Below are positions 37,259 to 49,200 of a stretch of 64,000 bases of DNA, one piece after another. This DNA comes from Tubiluchus corallicola (lineage: Eukaryota; Animalia; Priapulida). The position numbers and the translations under genes were made by a program. Location of the stretch: contig JAQGDQ010000014.1 in NCBI GenBank assembly GCA_030141605.1, forward strand, positions 310,001-374,000, given 5' to 3'. Numbering within the stretch: the first letter of the stretch is position 1; every line of letters starts with the position of its first letter. The notes beneath the pieces are model-generated. The model worked only from the letters and a program-made list of their open reading frames with translations. It had not been told where the DNA came from and made no database searches.

Positions 37259-38812
37259 ATAGTGACGTTGATGGTTTCTTTTAATCGCACAAAGCAACGC
37301 TGTGCGCCAGTCTTCATAGAAGGAAGTAAACAAATAAAAATAGTGAAAAATCAGTGGCCTTAGAAAAATCTTCAAGCAATTTACTGAATTGTGTTCTGTT
37401 TCCAAGAATCTACTACGAAGAAAAAGCAAAGAGAGAGCATCTACTGACTGGCTTTCTACTGGCTGTCAAAAAGAAGCAGCTTTGAAAAAAAGTAACTTGT
37501 AGTAGGGTATACCTGCTGTAAAAATATTTATGCAATATACAAATAAGACATTTAGGTTAATCACTGCTATCTTTAGGAAGAGAGTGGCTGCGTGGATGAG
37601 CCTAATATCAACCAGCCAATTTTTACGTGTTTCATTAATAAAGTTAATAAAACTTCTAAAAAACTAGAACTAGAAAAATAAAAACGTAAAAATATCGTTG
37701 AATTATTGTTGTAAGATTTCGTGTTTTGTTTATGCATTTATGCAATCCTGTTTCTTTTTGGTTATGATTATTTCATCAGATCGTTTTTATCAGTTTTTTT
37801 TTCAATAAAGATAAACAGCTTAAGCGCTTAAGTGAACTGTGAAAACGTTCAGATATATGAAAGATCGCATTTTTTGTCTTCATTTTCATTTCATTTTTTA
37901 TGTTATCCATTTTTGAATTTAAATCAAAGAGCGTAAACTCAGTTGTAATGGGAGATTTGAAAAAAGAGTTGCTTTTTAATATGTATTTATTATAATATGA
38001 CGGGAAACTTAAGTAATTGCCTATTATTTGGCAAATAGCGGTTTCTATTTCTATTTCGTCATTATTGGTTTTCTCTAAATCTAAAATTTGTTTGTTTTGC
38101 ATGAATTACAGCCCTGCATGTCGATTACACGAATGTATGATTTTATACGTTAATTATTAACCAATTTTGGAGCAGTTAGCGAATTAATTGCAATATGTCT
38201 ACCAAACCATCAGACATCTATTCAAATATTTATATATTTTTCTCACTTTAATTCTCGCTTTTTGAACTGGTTCGCTCACGTTACAAGATCGTGGGCTTGT
38301 TCGAGTATACCCCATGCAAGATCCTGTGATAAATGGCACCTGTGGTACTCACAACGATTTGATTAAAGTCTTTATTACAGCCTGCTATACGGCGACATTA
38401 ATAATGTCAGTTTTGGAAAAAACATGCAAATTTTTCACGTAAAATGACTGTTTTAAAAAGCGGATATTATATGCAGCCCGGAGTACAGCATACAGATTTA
38501 AAATGAAACATATTAGTTTGTACGCATTAAAAGTTTTGATATCTTAAACTCTTTTCACAAAAGAAATTGCTGCAAATGTATAGTAGAAGTTTGAATTTTG
38601 TGCTCACTGTTCAAGATAAAAAGATTAGAAAATTGTTAAGAAATCTGTATTACTGGAACGAAAGAAAAACCTGATAAATGAACCAGAAAACGAGAGAAAG
38701 AAATGCAACTCTGTCCGTTTTAGAAGCTTTTGTGTGTTATTTCTAGAGTGTGTTCAGTTTTAATGGCATTGTGTAACTTTTTACTAAAACGCATTATTTA
38801 TTTATTTGCTGT

Positions 38813-38862
<50 letters not shown>

Positions 38863-38930
38863 TTAGTACAGCACACACTACAACCGCCACCGTCACCGCC
38901 ACCGCCACGCCGCCACCACCACCACTACTA
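38813..38930. repeat. (ACT)n microsatellite with degenerate (CCA/CCG)n extension
   Basis: Directly visible. Confidence 0.95.
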
Positions 38931-39579
38931 TTCCAATTTCACAAGCAAAGCAAATAGAGGGCGTGGAGTTGTGTAATTATGGATTATTCACGAATGAAAT
39001 CATTCAGAAATTGTGAAGAGTTTGCTAGTTTTGTAACGACTAGCATCACAGATGTAGATGCGTAACGCCATTTCAAAAGAACTGCATAGAAGCCATTATA
39101 CTGACCGATTGCAAAGCCAATTCCTCCCCCAAACACTCTCTGCCGGATGGCCAGAGTGGATATCAGATCTTCATGTTCATCTTCCTTTATTTAGAATATG
39201 TAATACAGCATTAATAAATACAGAATATGGTAAGAAAACTAGGATAAATTGAAATAAGATTTACAATTTTTTTACATTAAATAAATAAAACGTATAACAA
39301 ATAAATAAGTGAAATATTATAAGTCAAATGTACTAAGAGCTATAGAAGTATTTCTACAAGTTGTGCAATTTCGAGTTAAACAGTGTTATATTTTTTTAGC
39401 AAAAGTTTATCTTTTCTTCGTCTGATGTTTAAGTGAGCTACAAAATTGTAGCTCGGTTGAAAATGATCCTTGTAGCGCTTTTCAAATGTTCAAAAATCAA
39501 GGGTATCGTTCAGACAAACAACTGGTTAAACGGCATTATAATTTATAAAACAAATCCCTATAGCCCTACTGTAATTTAA

Positions 39580-39990
39580 AGATACAACAATAAAAATTAC
39601 AGGTAAAACTACATGTAAAATGAAGGTATAAACTCACATCAAAATAAGGGATAAAAAATTCATTTAGAAACATTACAATTACTAATTAAGGAAAGCAAAA
39701 TCAAAATGAAACTGACGAACATACATGGAATCGATTTGTATGGTCTAGATTCTTAATGAATTTTGTATCCCTTATTTTAATGTCATTGCATATCTTCATT
39801 TTGCATGTAGTTTTATCTGTAATTTCTACTATTGTATCTCTACCTCACACCTGATAAAGTCCGCGAAGGATGAAAGCTTCTTTGAAAAAAAGAGACTTAA
39901 TGAGCACTTTGGCTTCTTTACGATTATGACCATGGCAAGTCAGAGGATAGCACTCTTTTATTTTCAGCCTATTGTCCTGCTGGATTAACA
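39580..39990 (+). mobile_element. Putative Penelope-like element terminal remnant (inverted repeat plus decayed hammerhead motif)
   Basis: About 89-bp imperfect inverted repeat (39580-39668 vs 39751-39839) followed by tcacac-CTGATAA-a-gtcc-gcgaa-ggat-GAAA-gctt-ctttga at 39845-39885. Confidence 0.55.
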
Positions 39991-39994
39991 TACT

Positions 39995-42900
39995 ATTGTT
40001 TTATCGATAATTTAGAAACATAGCAGTAATAATAGGGGAAATCTAGTCTAAAGTTTGTATATGCTCCAGAGCAAGTGAATACGTGTGCTGTAGCAGACCG
40101 CTTAGTCAAACTCGAACGAGAACTTGCTGAGGTCAAAGGAGCATGTTTGAAAAATAGAGAGACAATCGTGACGTCGAAGAATATAGAAAATGATTTTGAG
40201 ATGAATAATTCGTCGGCGATCGAGAATCGACAAGCAAATGTGACGAGTACGGCTGCATCAAACAGTGAGTGTGCAGAGAACCAGAATACGGACAAGCGGA
40301 AAACATTTTCTTCTGTTCTTAAACAGAAAAAGGAGGTGAGTGCTGGTCCTGCCACAGCCTAATTTCAGGTCCCGAAGTACCATCAGAAGAAAGCGTAGCA
40401 GAGGAAAAAAGTGGCGATTGGGACTAATAAAGATGCACGAGTTAACTGGACACCACGAGTCCGAGACATATTTGTCTTTCGGGTGACACGGTCTACATAT
40501 GATGACGAGATTAAAGCGATTCTTACGAGCCAAGAAGTTGACATCATCGATTTCCGGAAGATATCACGCGAAAAAGCCAGGTGTAAGTCTTGAGTTTTGG
40601 CCTTGTAATAGAATGTTTGTACGGCATAGAAAGGGGGATGAACCGAACTCAAAAATGTGTAATGGATAGTTTTTTCACTTGTAGTTTTAATTGTAAAGGA
40701 TTGCAACTAGACAGACGTTTTTTTATTAAATCACTATTAAGCAAATGTAGCATACCTTTTTGCAAGAGCACTGGCTCTTAGACAATCAACTGCAAAAATT
40801 AGATGATATGTCGCTCAATTTTAATGTGATGGCTTGTTCCGGAGTTGATAGTAGAATTGAAATCTTAAGAGGGAGACCATTCGGTGGTTGTGCATTATTC
40901 TGGCAAACGACATTAGATCAAGTTAACTCCTATAAAAACAGACTGTCGCCGATTATGTGGTGCAAAAATGATAAATGAAGGGGCATGCAGTTTACTAATT
41001 AATACGTGTATGCCTTATGATTCTGGTACAAATAATGTTGACGATGTACAACAGACAGTTAATGTTATAAATGAGATAGAACGTTTGATTTACATTCACA
41101 ATCCCGATAATGTTATAATAGGGGGCGATTTCAATGCAGACTTCAAGAGAAATTCTGCCCACGTCAATACTATTGATACTTTTCTTGAAAGGTGGCAATT
41201 TTTCAATTGTAAATCAAGTGAAAATTGTAAAATTGATTTTACATATCGTAACGATTGCGCCCTGAGCGAATCATTTATAGATCATTTTATTATAAACGAG
41301 GGCCTGACGTCAAGTGTCACTGATTTCGTTGTTAATCATTCAGGTGATCATTTAAGTGACCATAGCCCAATTGTGCTTAAATTATCCGGTTTGAATCAAT
41401 TAAAGCTTGATACTAGCATGAATTAACCGTACCACGGTTGTCTTAGGGAAGGGCTAGTGTTCAAGAGTTAAACCAGTATAAACAGGTTTTAGACAATGTT
41501 GTGCCAGCATGCCAGTATGACAGCCACAATACTGCTATGAATGACTACTGCAACGCAATTGTTAATGCTTCTATTAATGCAGGATGTCACACTATTAATG
41601 CAGGATGTCAAACTATTCCTTTTACCAGAAACAAACACAGTAGTAAAATAATACCTGGCTGGGCAGATAAAATTGAGCCAGCCCGTCAAACAGCATTGTT
41701 TTGGCACGAAATATGGGCTTCGTGTGACCGACCTCATACCGGTCACGTTGCTAACATTCGGCGCATTACACATGCTCGTTATCATCGCGCTGTAAGAAGG
41801 GCTAAATGCAGTATTAAAGATGAGAGGCAAAAATGGCTGAACATATTGTTTCAAATAACTCACGAAATCTTTTTAAGGAAATTAATAAAATAAAAGGAAA
41901 AGCAAGTGGCAAACCAGTGTGTATAGAAAATCAAAATAACCCAAATTTCATAGCTAACTTATTTGCAAATGATTATGAACACTTATATAATATTGCGGGT
42001 TACGACTCTAATGAGATGCTGGCTTTGAAACAAAATATAGATTCAAAACTACGTAATGAAGCGTGTGAAACTCGTCATTTCAATGTCCAAGACATAATTA
42101 ACGTTGTAAAATGTATAAAACCTGGTAAATCTGATGGAAGTGCTTGTTTTACATCTGATCGTATTATACAAGGTACACATTTATTATCCACTCACTTATG
42201 TATGCTTGTGAATTGTATAATTGGCCACAGTTATTCTCCCGAACACCTTTCGTTGTCTTGTATCAAACCAATCCCAAAGGATACCCGTGGTAACTTGTCA
42301 GACAAAGACAACTATAGGGTTACAGCCCTGTCGTCTTCCATAGGAAAGCTACTCGATTAGCTAATTCTTTTTGAATATGAAAATGCATTGTGTACTTCCG
42401 ATTTACAATTTGGATTTAAAACTAAGATATCCACTACTATGTGTACCATGATATTAAAAGAAACCGCTAAATATTACTTGCAAAATGGCTCTATAGTTTA
42501 GTATGCTTTACTTGACGCTTCTAAGGCATTCGATAAAGTAAATTACTGTAAATTATTCAAACTTCTACTTATGTAAACTGCGGGATTCTAAAATTGCATG
42601 TATGGTGAGTAACTGGTACTGTGGCACTGTCGCATACGCTGACGACTTTAGTCTGTTGGCTCCGAATATACGGGCTCTCCAGGCCTTGTTAAAAATGTAT
42701 GAAGAGTATGCCAGAAATTATGATACTGATTTCGTAAACATAAGTCGTCACAAAATAAAGAGCAAATGTATAATTTTCTATTCTCATAAGAATGTTCCCC
42801 ACAACTTACATCCCACAGTAAAACTCAATAACACACCGATGTCTTTTTGCGACAAAGAGCTGAACCTTGGTACCACTCTGACACCTAATTTGTCGGATAA

Positions 42901-43560
42901 TGCTGAAATTTTTTGTAAACGTGGAGATTTCATTTATCGTGCAAACAGTGTTATACGTGACTTTTCGTTTCTTAATAGCTGTATTAAGACTAAAATGTTT
43001 CAATTGTACTGTTATAGCTTTTATGGCTTGCAAATATGGAAGCTTGATAACACTCTTTTTAATAACATTGATACCCCCTTGAACATAGGCGTATGTAAAT
43101 TTTGGCATTTGCCATACCAAACTCATAAGTTTTTGTTACCTCATTTATCGGGTGTGCTTCGTCCGAGTACCGAGTTTGAAATCAGATTTGTAAAAAATTA
43201 TTTATCTCCTGTAGTAATAGCAGTAATACGCTTGCGGACTTTTTTGTGAGAAATGCAGAATATACTGTGCAGTTAACATTGGGTTACAATTTGCAATTTA
43301 TTAAATGTAAATATAATGATAATTACAACAAATGTGATTATTTAAAAATTAAAAGATTCATGTGTAAGAAAGCTATAGAACTTACGTGGGCTCAAAGCCT
43401 CACTCTTTCATTTGTTAAAGATGTTTTAAATGACTTAACCAGGAGTAACTTTTCCTTCTTAGCCAATTTGCAAATTCATGACATTCTACAATACTTATGT
43501 TGCGAATAATTTATGATTCTGTGATGTAAAATCAAACTCACTATCGTATATGTATGTTAG
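39995..43560 (+). mobile_element. Degenerate non-LTR retrotransposon (ORF1 remnant + APE endonuclease + reverse transcriptase)
   Basis: ORF1-like coiled-coil pieces 40075-40650; APE motifs SFNCKG, QEHWL, GRPFGG, IIGGDFN, IDHF, SDHSPI; RT motifs KPIPK..NYR, QFGFK, LLDASKAFDKV, YADD. Many stops and frameshifts, the GVxQG motif region is deleted near 42575, and there is a 21-bp tandem duplication near 41573-41615. Clade not firmly assigned. Confidence 0.93.
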
Positions 43561-44019
43561 TTAATGGCAAATTTTATTTGGGTAAAGGTAAGAGTTTTTT
43601 AACTACGAACCGACATTGTTATTTTATTTAAATATTTGCACAACTAACCGAATGAATGTATTGTATTTACAACAATTCGAAATAAATCGTATATATATAG
43701 TAAAGCATTCAGATATCGGCTGATGGGATTCGACGGGTAATCGGATAACCATTCCCCGGAGATCGACTGCTGCTGCCGCCAACAACTCGACGACAGCCGG
43801 ATTACGTCCTCCAGCATCCATGGCTTCTTTTCATACGATGAAACCACGACGTAAACTTGTTGGATAGTTTGCTCCAAAGCTGGTGCTGCAGATGTTGCAT
43901 TATAATGTCATAATTGTGTCTTATTAAGATAGAATACACTGTGTTGGGATTATTTCTTACAAAACGCAAGGATAAAGATCGCATTAATTATTAAAGCGAA
44001 AATTAGCTTTTTGGTCTGT

Positions 44020-44085
44020 TGTTACCGCGCACGCGCAGAGGGTCGGCTGCAGTTTTAGAGGCGTGAACATGGCGGAAGTTGAGGA
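44020..44085 (+). promoter_or_regulatory. Candidate promoter motifs within a CpG-rich region upstream of NALF
   Basis: gcgcacgcgc (NRF1-like), aacatggcg (YY1-like) and gcggaagt (ETS-like) clustered in a CpG-rich stretch of about 43.7-44.9 kb. Confidence 0.4.
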
Positions 44086-44401
44086 GAAGCTCTCGCAATG
44101 AATGTTTTCTCTTCCCTGTTTAGAATTTATCGTTATGCGACGCCATGTTATGTGTTTTACTGTAGGGAAAAATTCGTGCGAAATTAAGTGGATTCATATG
44201 GGAACATGGAATGGAGGTTGTCGGCGGTTGAGTTGAGTTTTGGTGTTAGTGTTCATCGCCACCATAAACGCGTCCACGGGCGATGTGGTGTTTCACCATT
44301 CCGGTCCGTTTAGTGCCGCGGTCCGAGTCGCCGATGAAAAAATCGGCCATTTCAGCGCTACGTTCCATGTTCTTCCTATTCCCTCTAGAACTACGTGAAA
44401 T

Positions 44402-44992
44402 ATGACATTTCTTCACAATTATGGGAACGAAGTACCGGATAAGCCATACGGTGAGGTCCTTCAAAGATGGCGAATTTCACTGGCCTCTTTGCTCTTCTTT
44501 ACCATATTCATAACGGACAATTTCGGTGCCACGTCGAGCCCGAACGGTCCCAGGGATACGTGTCAGGACGTGCTGGGCCCGTGGGCCCCCAAGTGGGTAT
44601 GCAATTCGTACTTGATGGCCGTGAACGCCAGCCACCATACCACAGCCAACGCCTCGTGCCTTGACGAGTACGAAGACAACAGCGATAGCTACGACGACTT
44701 TTGCTCGTTGCCTCCGGAAAAGAGGATCGAGCACCTCCGGCACGATCCGGAGGGGAGGTACAACGTGTCGTCTCTAAGGTTTTGTAGCAAGTATTCAGTG
44801 ATTAACGTTTTAGGTAATTATACGACAGAATTCGCAGATCTGGACCATCGAGGCTGCAGGGCCAGACTTAAGCAGTTGGAAATGCTAGACAAAGCTGTTC
44901 ATATGACCTATTGTGCTTTCAATAATGTTATGGATAAATTCGATTGTGCTCGCCAAAATTACAGTTGTATATGGAACTGCACGCATTGTACG
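44402..44992 (+). CDS. NALF1: NALCN channel auxiliary factor (NALF/FAM155/NLF-1 family), first coding exon, 197 codons, 3'-partial
   Basis: QRWRISLASLLFFTIFITD matches the FAM155 N-terminal hydrophobic motif (QKWRLSLASLLFFT); cysteine-rich domain with LRFCSKYS...CRARL...FNNVMDKFDCARQNYSCIWNCTHCT; phase-0 donor acg|gtaggt at 44992. Later exons not found in the window; co-ortholog of vertebrate NALF1/2. Confidence 0.9.
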
Positions 44993-45975
44993 GTAGGTCA
45001 TGCTTTTTTAATATAACACGAAAGAACTGTTGCGAAGGAGTTTGGTCTGCTCAAAATTAGTTAGCTACCTCAGAATAAAGCCACTTGGTTTTCTTGTTTT
45101 CACTTTCGGCAGCTTGGCTTCTTTGCCTTGAGTTGTGTGGTCCACTCGTTGCGTGAATGTGCCACTTCTTTGCCTTTCGTTGTAAATGATTTTACAAACA
45201 CCAGTTAAGCAAACTTGCATAAATACTTTAGTTATAACTAGCCTCAGAAGAACTTTGAAAAGGACAAAATACACCAAATTGAAAAGATATGTATCTTGGG
45301 GCAATTTATACATAAGACATAAAACTAAAACTATTATAAACCTTTGTGCAGTTATGTTCATAAAATAATGTGCAATGTATATGATAGTATACCTCACCGT
45401 TGCCTCATTAATTTGATTTGGCTTTACATTTTACATGATTTTGTATTGGCATGAACACCAGTATTATAGGTTTTTTGCTGCTGAATATGGGTAAATAAAA
45501 ACAAAATCCTAAAAATCTTAATATAAAAACTTCATTAAAATATTTAATAAACTTAGGAAAACCCTAGGATCAAGAAACAAATCTGATTCCTTCGCAAAAA
45601 AACTAGGGCACATGCCTAACTATCTACAATTTGTTATGATTAGAATTCAGAAGAATTTTTGAAGTAGCATTTCAATATGCCATCCCATCTTTCATTTTTG
45701 ACACCAAGTTTTTTATTTGCTATTTCATGATGTAATCCCACGGTTTACACATATTTTAAGCAAAATGTGCACACCTGGACTTGCACAGCGACGTTCATAT
45801 GTTGTGACATTCTAGCGTTTATGCTTGAAATAAGATACATGGCAGATAAGAAATTGAAGTTTTTCCCAAAGACAAACAATTTAAAATTTCAGCGAAATAC
45901 AGTACGTGCAGTACAGCTGTTGAACTGGAACTGGGGGTAATTTTTGATTGATATAAATCAGCAGAGAAAGTAAAA

Positions 45976-46205
45976 TGAATGAACGAGTGCATGAATGAAT
46001 GAATGAATGAATGAATGAATAAATTAATAAATAAATAAACAAATAAACAAGTAAATAAATAAATGGAGAAAGAGAGAGGGCGATGGATAAATAGATGCTT
46101 GGATTAATGGATGGGCGACAGACAGATTATATAGACAGACAGACAGGCAAGCTGGCAGGAAGGCAGATAGACAGACAGGCAGACAGATAGGCGGACAGGC
46201 ACACA
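45976..46205. repeat. Compound tetranucleotide low-complexity tract (GAAT/AAAT/GGAT/GACA)
   Basis: Directly visible. Confidence 0.9.
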
Positions 46206-49200
46206 GATGCAGTTGGACAAGTGAAGTTTTAGCTATTTATTGGTAAGTAATATTTTTCTTTAAAACACATTTGACCGATTAAGATTCACACTTGAAGGAT
46301 TACGATTGTTTTCCAACGGGTTTAATAAGGTATATGCATTACATCCGCCTTACCACTCGCAGCAGCTGTGGTCTATGAGTTCCTAACCTAGTTCTGGAGC
46401 GGTGGCTCACAGAAATGGTTTGAAATTGTTTGTTTGTGATTACGAGACGGAAAGTCTATGGTAGCGGATCTTGCACATTTCCTGGCTACCCAATGGATGG
46501 CTTCTGTCTGGGACGATTGTAATTTCTACTGGCGAACAGCGCGGATCTAAGAGAACCCATTGCTAATTTCTTGTTAGTCATAATGTTGCTGGTAGTGTTT
46601 ATGTTAAGCATCGAGTTTGTTTAAGTAATAACTTGTAATTCATGTTAATTTGCAAACTCAGAGAGCTAGGGTCAGGAAATTTGCAGGACATACATGCGGG
46701 GTAGGGGCCGGGGTAATGGTGCGGTAAACGGAGGCCTTAGCCAAAAGTTCAAGATCACAGAATATCAATCAGTTCAAATCGTAACGTTGAATAACTCAAA
46801 ACTATAGTAAGTAAATCACTAAAATAAGTAAATCACGATTCTTTGTAATAATATGTATCCCATAAGATCTACACTACGTGATTACTAAACCAAATTTGAG
46901 ATTTGATTATGGATTTGACAGCGAACGATGATATAGTGCATAGTAGAGAATTTCATACTTCTAAACAGGTTCTCGGGAAGAAGTGGGAGCACTTCCGAGG
47001 GACGTGATGATTGATTATGATGCAAAATTTACATCTGACTTCAAATATTGATGAAACTATTGTGAGAAATTGATTGTAATTTTTATGAATGAATCTCTCG
47101 CAGGAAATTATTCAGCGTCTCTGCCTAACCTCATCACGAAAATGTCTTCTTTGATCACCGTAGTTTGCATACTAAAATAATTAAACAAACGTGAAAGATT
47201 ATTATTTTCTTTATGTTCTTGTTGTTGATGCATAAAACATGAGCTGGGAGTTATGAATTTTCGGCTTATACGAGATAATTAGTTCGTTTTAGCAGATATC
47301 CTTCAAGGGCGGATTCAAGAGGAAGGGTCTTTCGAAAAACTGTGTGCTCAGTTTAATTATATTTTCTTGTTTGCACCATCCCTGTATAAATTTGTGCTCT
47401 TAAGTTTGTATATAGTTAATTTTTCGTTCCTTTCCCCAGTAACTGCCTGATTTAGCTAACCTAAGAAAAGCACTTGACATTCTTTCTAGCTGCGCCTAGT
47501 GTGGTGCAGAAGTGTTGACTACAAAGTTTAATAGCAATTACAGTTTAATTAAGAAATGCTGCTAAACACACTAATATCCTCTCTGGAAGAACCATAGCAC
47601 ACATGTGATTTTAGAGTAGTCATTTGGAAGGTTCAGCTTCCAAATAAGGGCGTATGCACATATTTCAGGTATAAAAAATTCTTACCGTAAAATGGACCTA
47701 AAATTGGGCCTAGGAGACAAGTACGAAGTAGGCGAAAAACCCTGTCGATCACTTTGGCCAATAATTTAATAGCGAATGTTTTCATTGTACTGCCGATATC
47801 AATAATTAGTAATTTTATACCAATGATATCAGTAAAACCCCGAGAAAAGATTTTTCCAGCAGTACGTACAGATCGCAGGGACAAGCTCAGACAGACAGGT
47901 CTTGTCTGGATTTAGTTGCTCTCGAAAACAACTGCTCAGAGAAAAGTAATATTTTGATGTGAGCTATACAATCCAATTCGTTTTATTGAACTCTACAAAT
48001 GTATCGGTTTAAGAGAAGGATGGCGAAGAACCTATGTGTTACCTAGTCAGCTACTACAAGTTTAGTATTAATCAGCAATGGTAAACAACTATTGATAATT
48101 TTCATGAGCCGAGCCGAGTTTTTGTCTTGAGATCCTACAAATTCCCACTCCACTTTTCCTTCCTACATAAAATTTATTCCGATTCGTTATTTCAACACCT
48201 TCGAGAGTAGAAACGCACTGAATTAAATTCTGTATTTCTCTCGCTCTCGCATTAGTAAAAATCCTTCTCTGTCTTGACCTGCCTACGACACTCGATATTA
48301 TTGGAAAATTGACTTTTCTTCTGTATAAATTGCGTGGCTGCCCGGTCGCAAGATGATCGCCAGAAACTGTATAGTCATTTTTCATCACTGGTAAAATTCG
48401 CATGAAACGGAAAATGACTCATTGGACATTTAAACCGAATAAAAAAAAACTAAATGGCGAATTTCGTGCTCCTCATGCATTGACACCTGATGGAGTGAAT
48501 ATTAATGATCTGTCAAAAACATATTATGATAGTGTAACAATGTATAAATTTTGTTAAAATAAGGATATGTCATTTTGTGTTTTTTATCTTATGAGTAAGC
48601 AATTTGAGCAATCATTCGGCAATTACTTTAGGACTTGAAATTAAGAATATAAACAATTAATTAAATCATAATCGTACGGGATTATGGTCGTGATTTGTAA
48701 TCCAAAAGTCTCAGGTTTTTAAAGACAGGCTAAGATGAGATGTTTCTAATTTTTGAAGCAAAAATTCCCTATGGTTGGCAGCTTGGTTAAATTCGAGAAA
48801 CTATTTTGTTTTATGCCCGGCGTTATTTTTCCAGATGCATTACATCATTGTAAAGCTCACAAAGAGTTTTAGAGAACAAACCATAAATCTGCTGCTACTA
48901 AAGCTGGAAAACACAGACTGTTATGACCTTGATATTAGCCGCGAAAACATTATGTGGGCCAACGATTCACGATTTCGATTTTGTTTGCAAATTTAATCGT
49001 ATTACGAAAATTAATTTTTAGAAAAAATATAAGGTTTTCTGAGGTTAGGAGTCAAATTTTGTCAGACGAAAGCTGTACGTTACATATAGGACACGTTTTT
49101 GACAGAGTTACTAGTTGAGGTGCAAATTGCTGCAATGGGGTGTTGTGTTTACGCCGTTGCTATAGGCCTGGATAGGGCAACGACTTTTGTTGGGTACTCG

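Noticed and set aside
36890-37429. 179-aa ORF with poly-Y/S/I runs
   Set aside because: Product of (AAT)n and (GAT)n microsatellites; no domain signal.
37776-38102. 108-aa K/N/I-rich minus-strand ORF, possibly a Penelope ORF N-terminus
   Set aside because: No diagnostic motif; cannot be told from AT-rich chance coding without a search.
44198-44401. In-frame N-terminal extension of NALF through two TGA codons (readthrough or selenocysteine idea)
   Set aside because: No homology support or SECIS evidence, and the ATG at 44402 already gives a family-like N-terminus.
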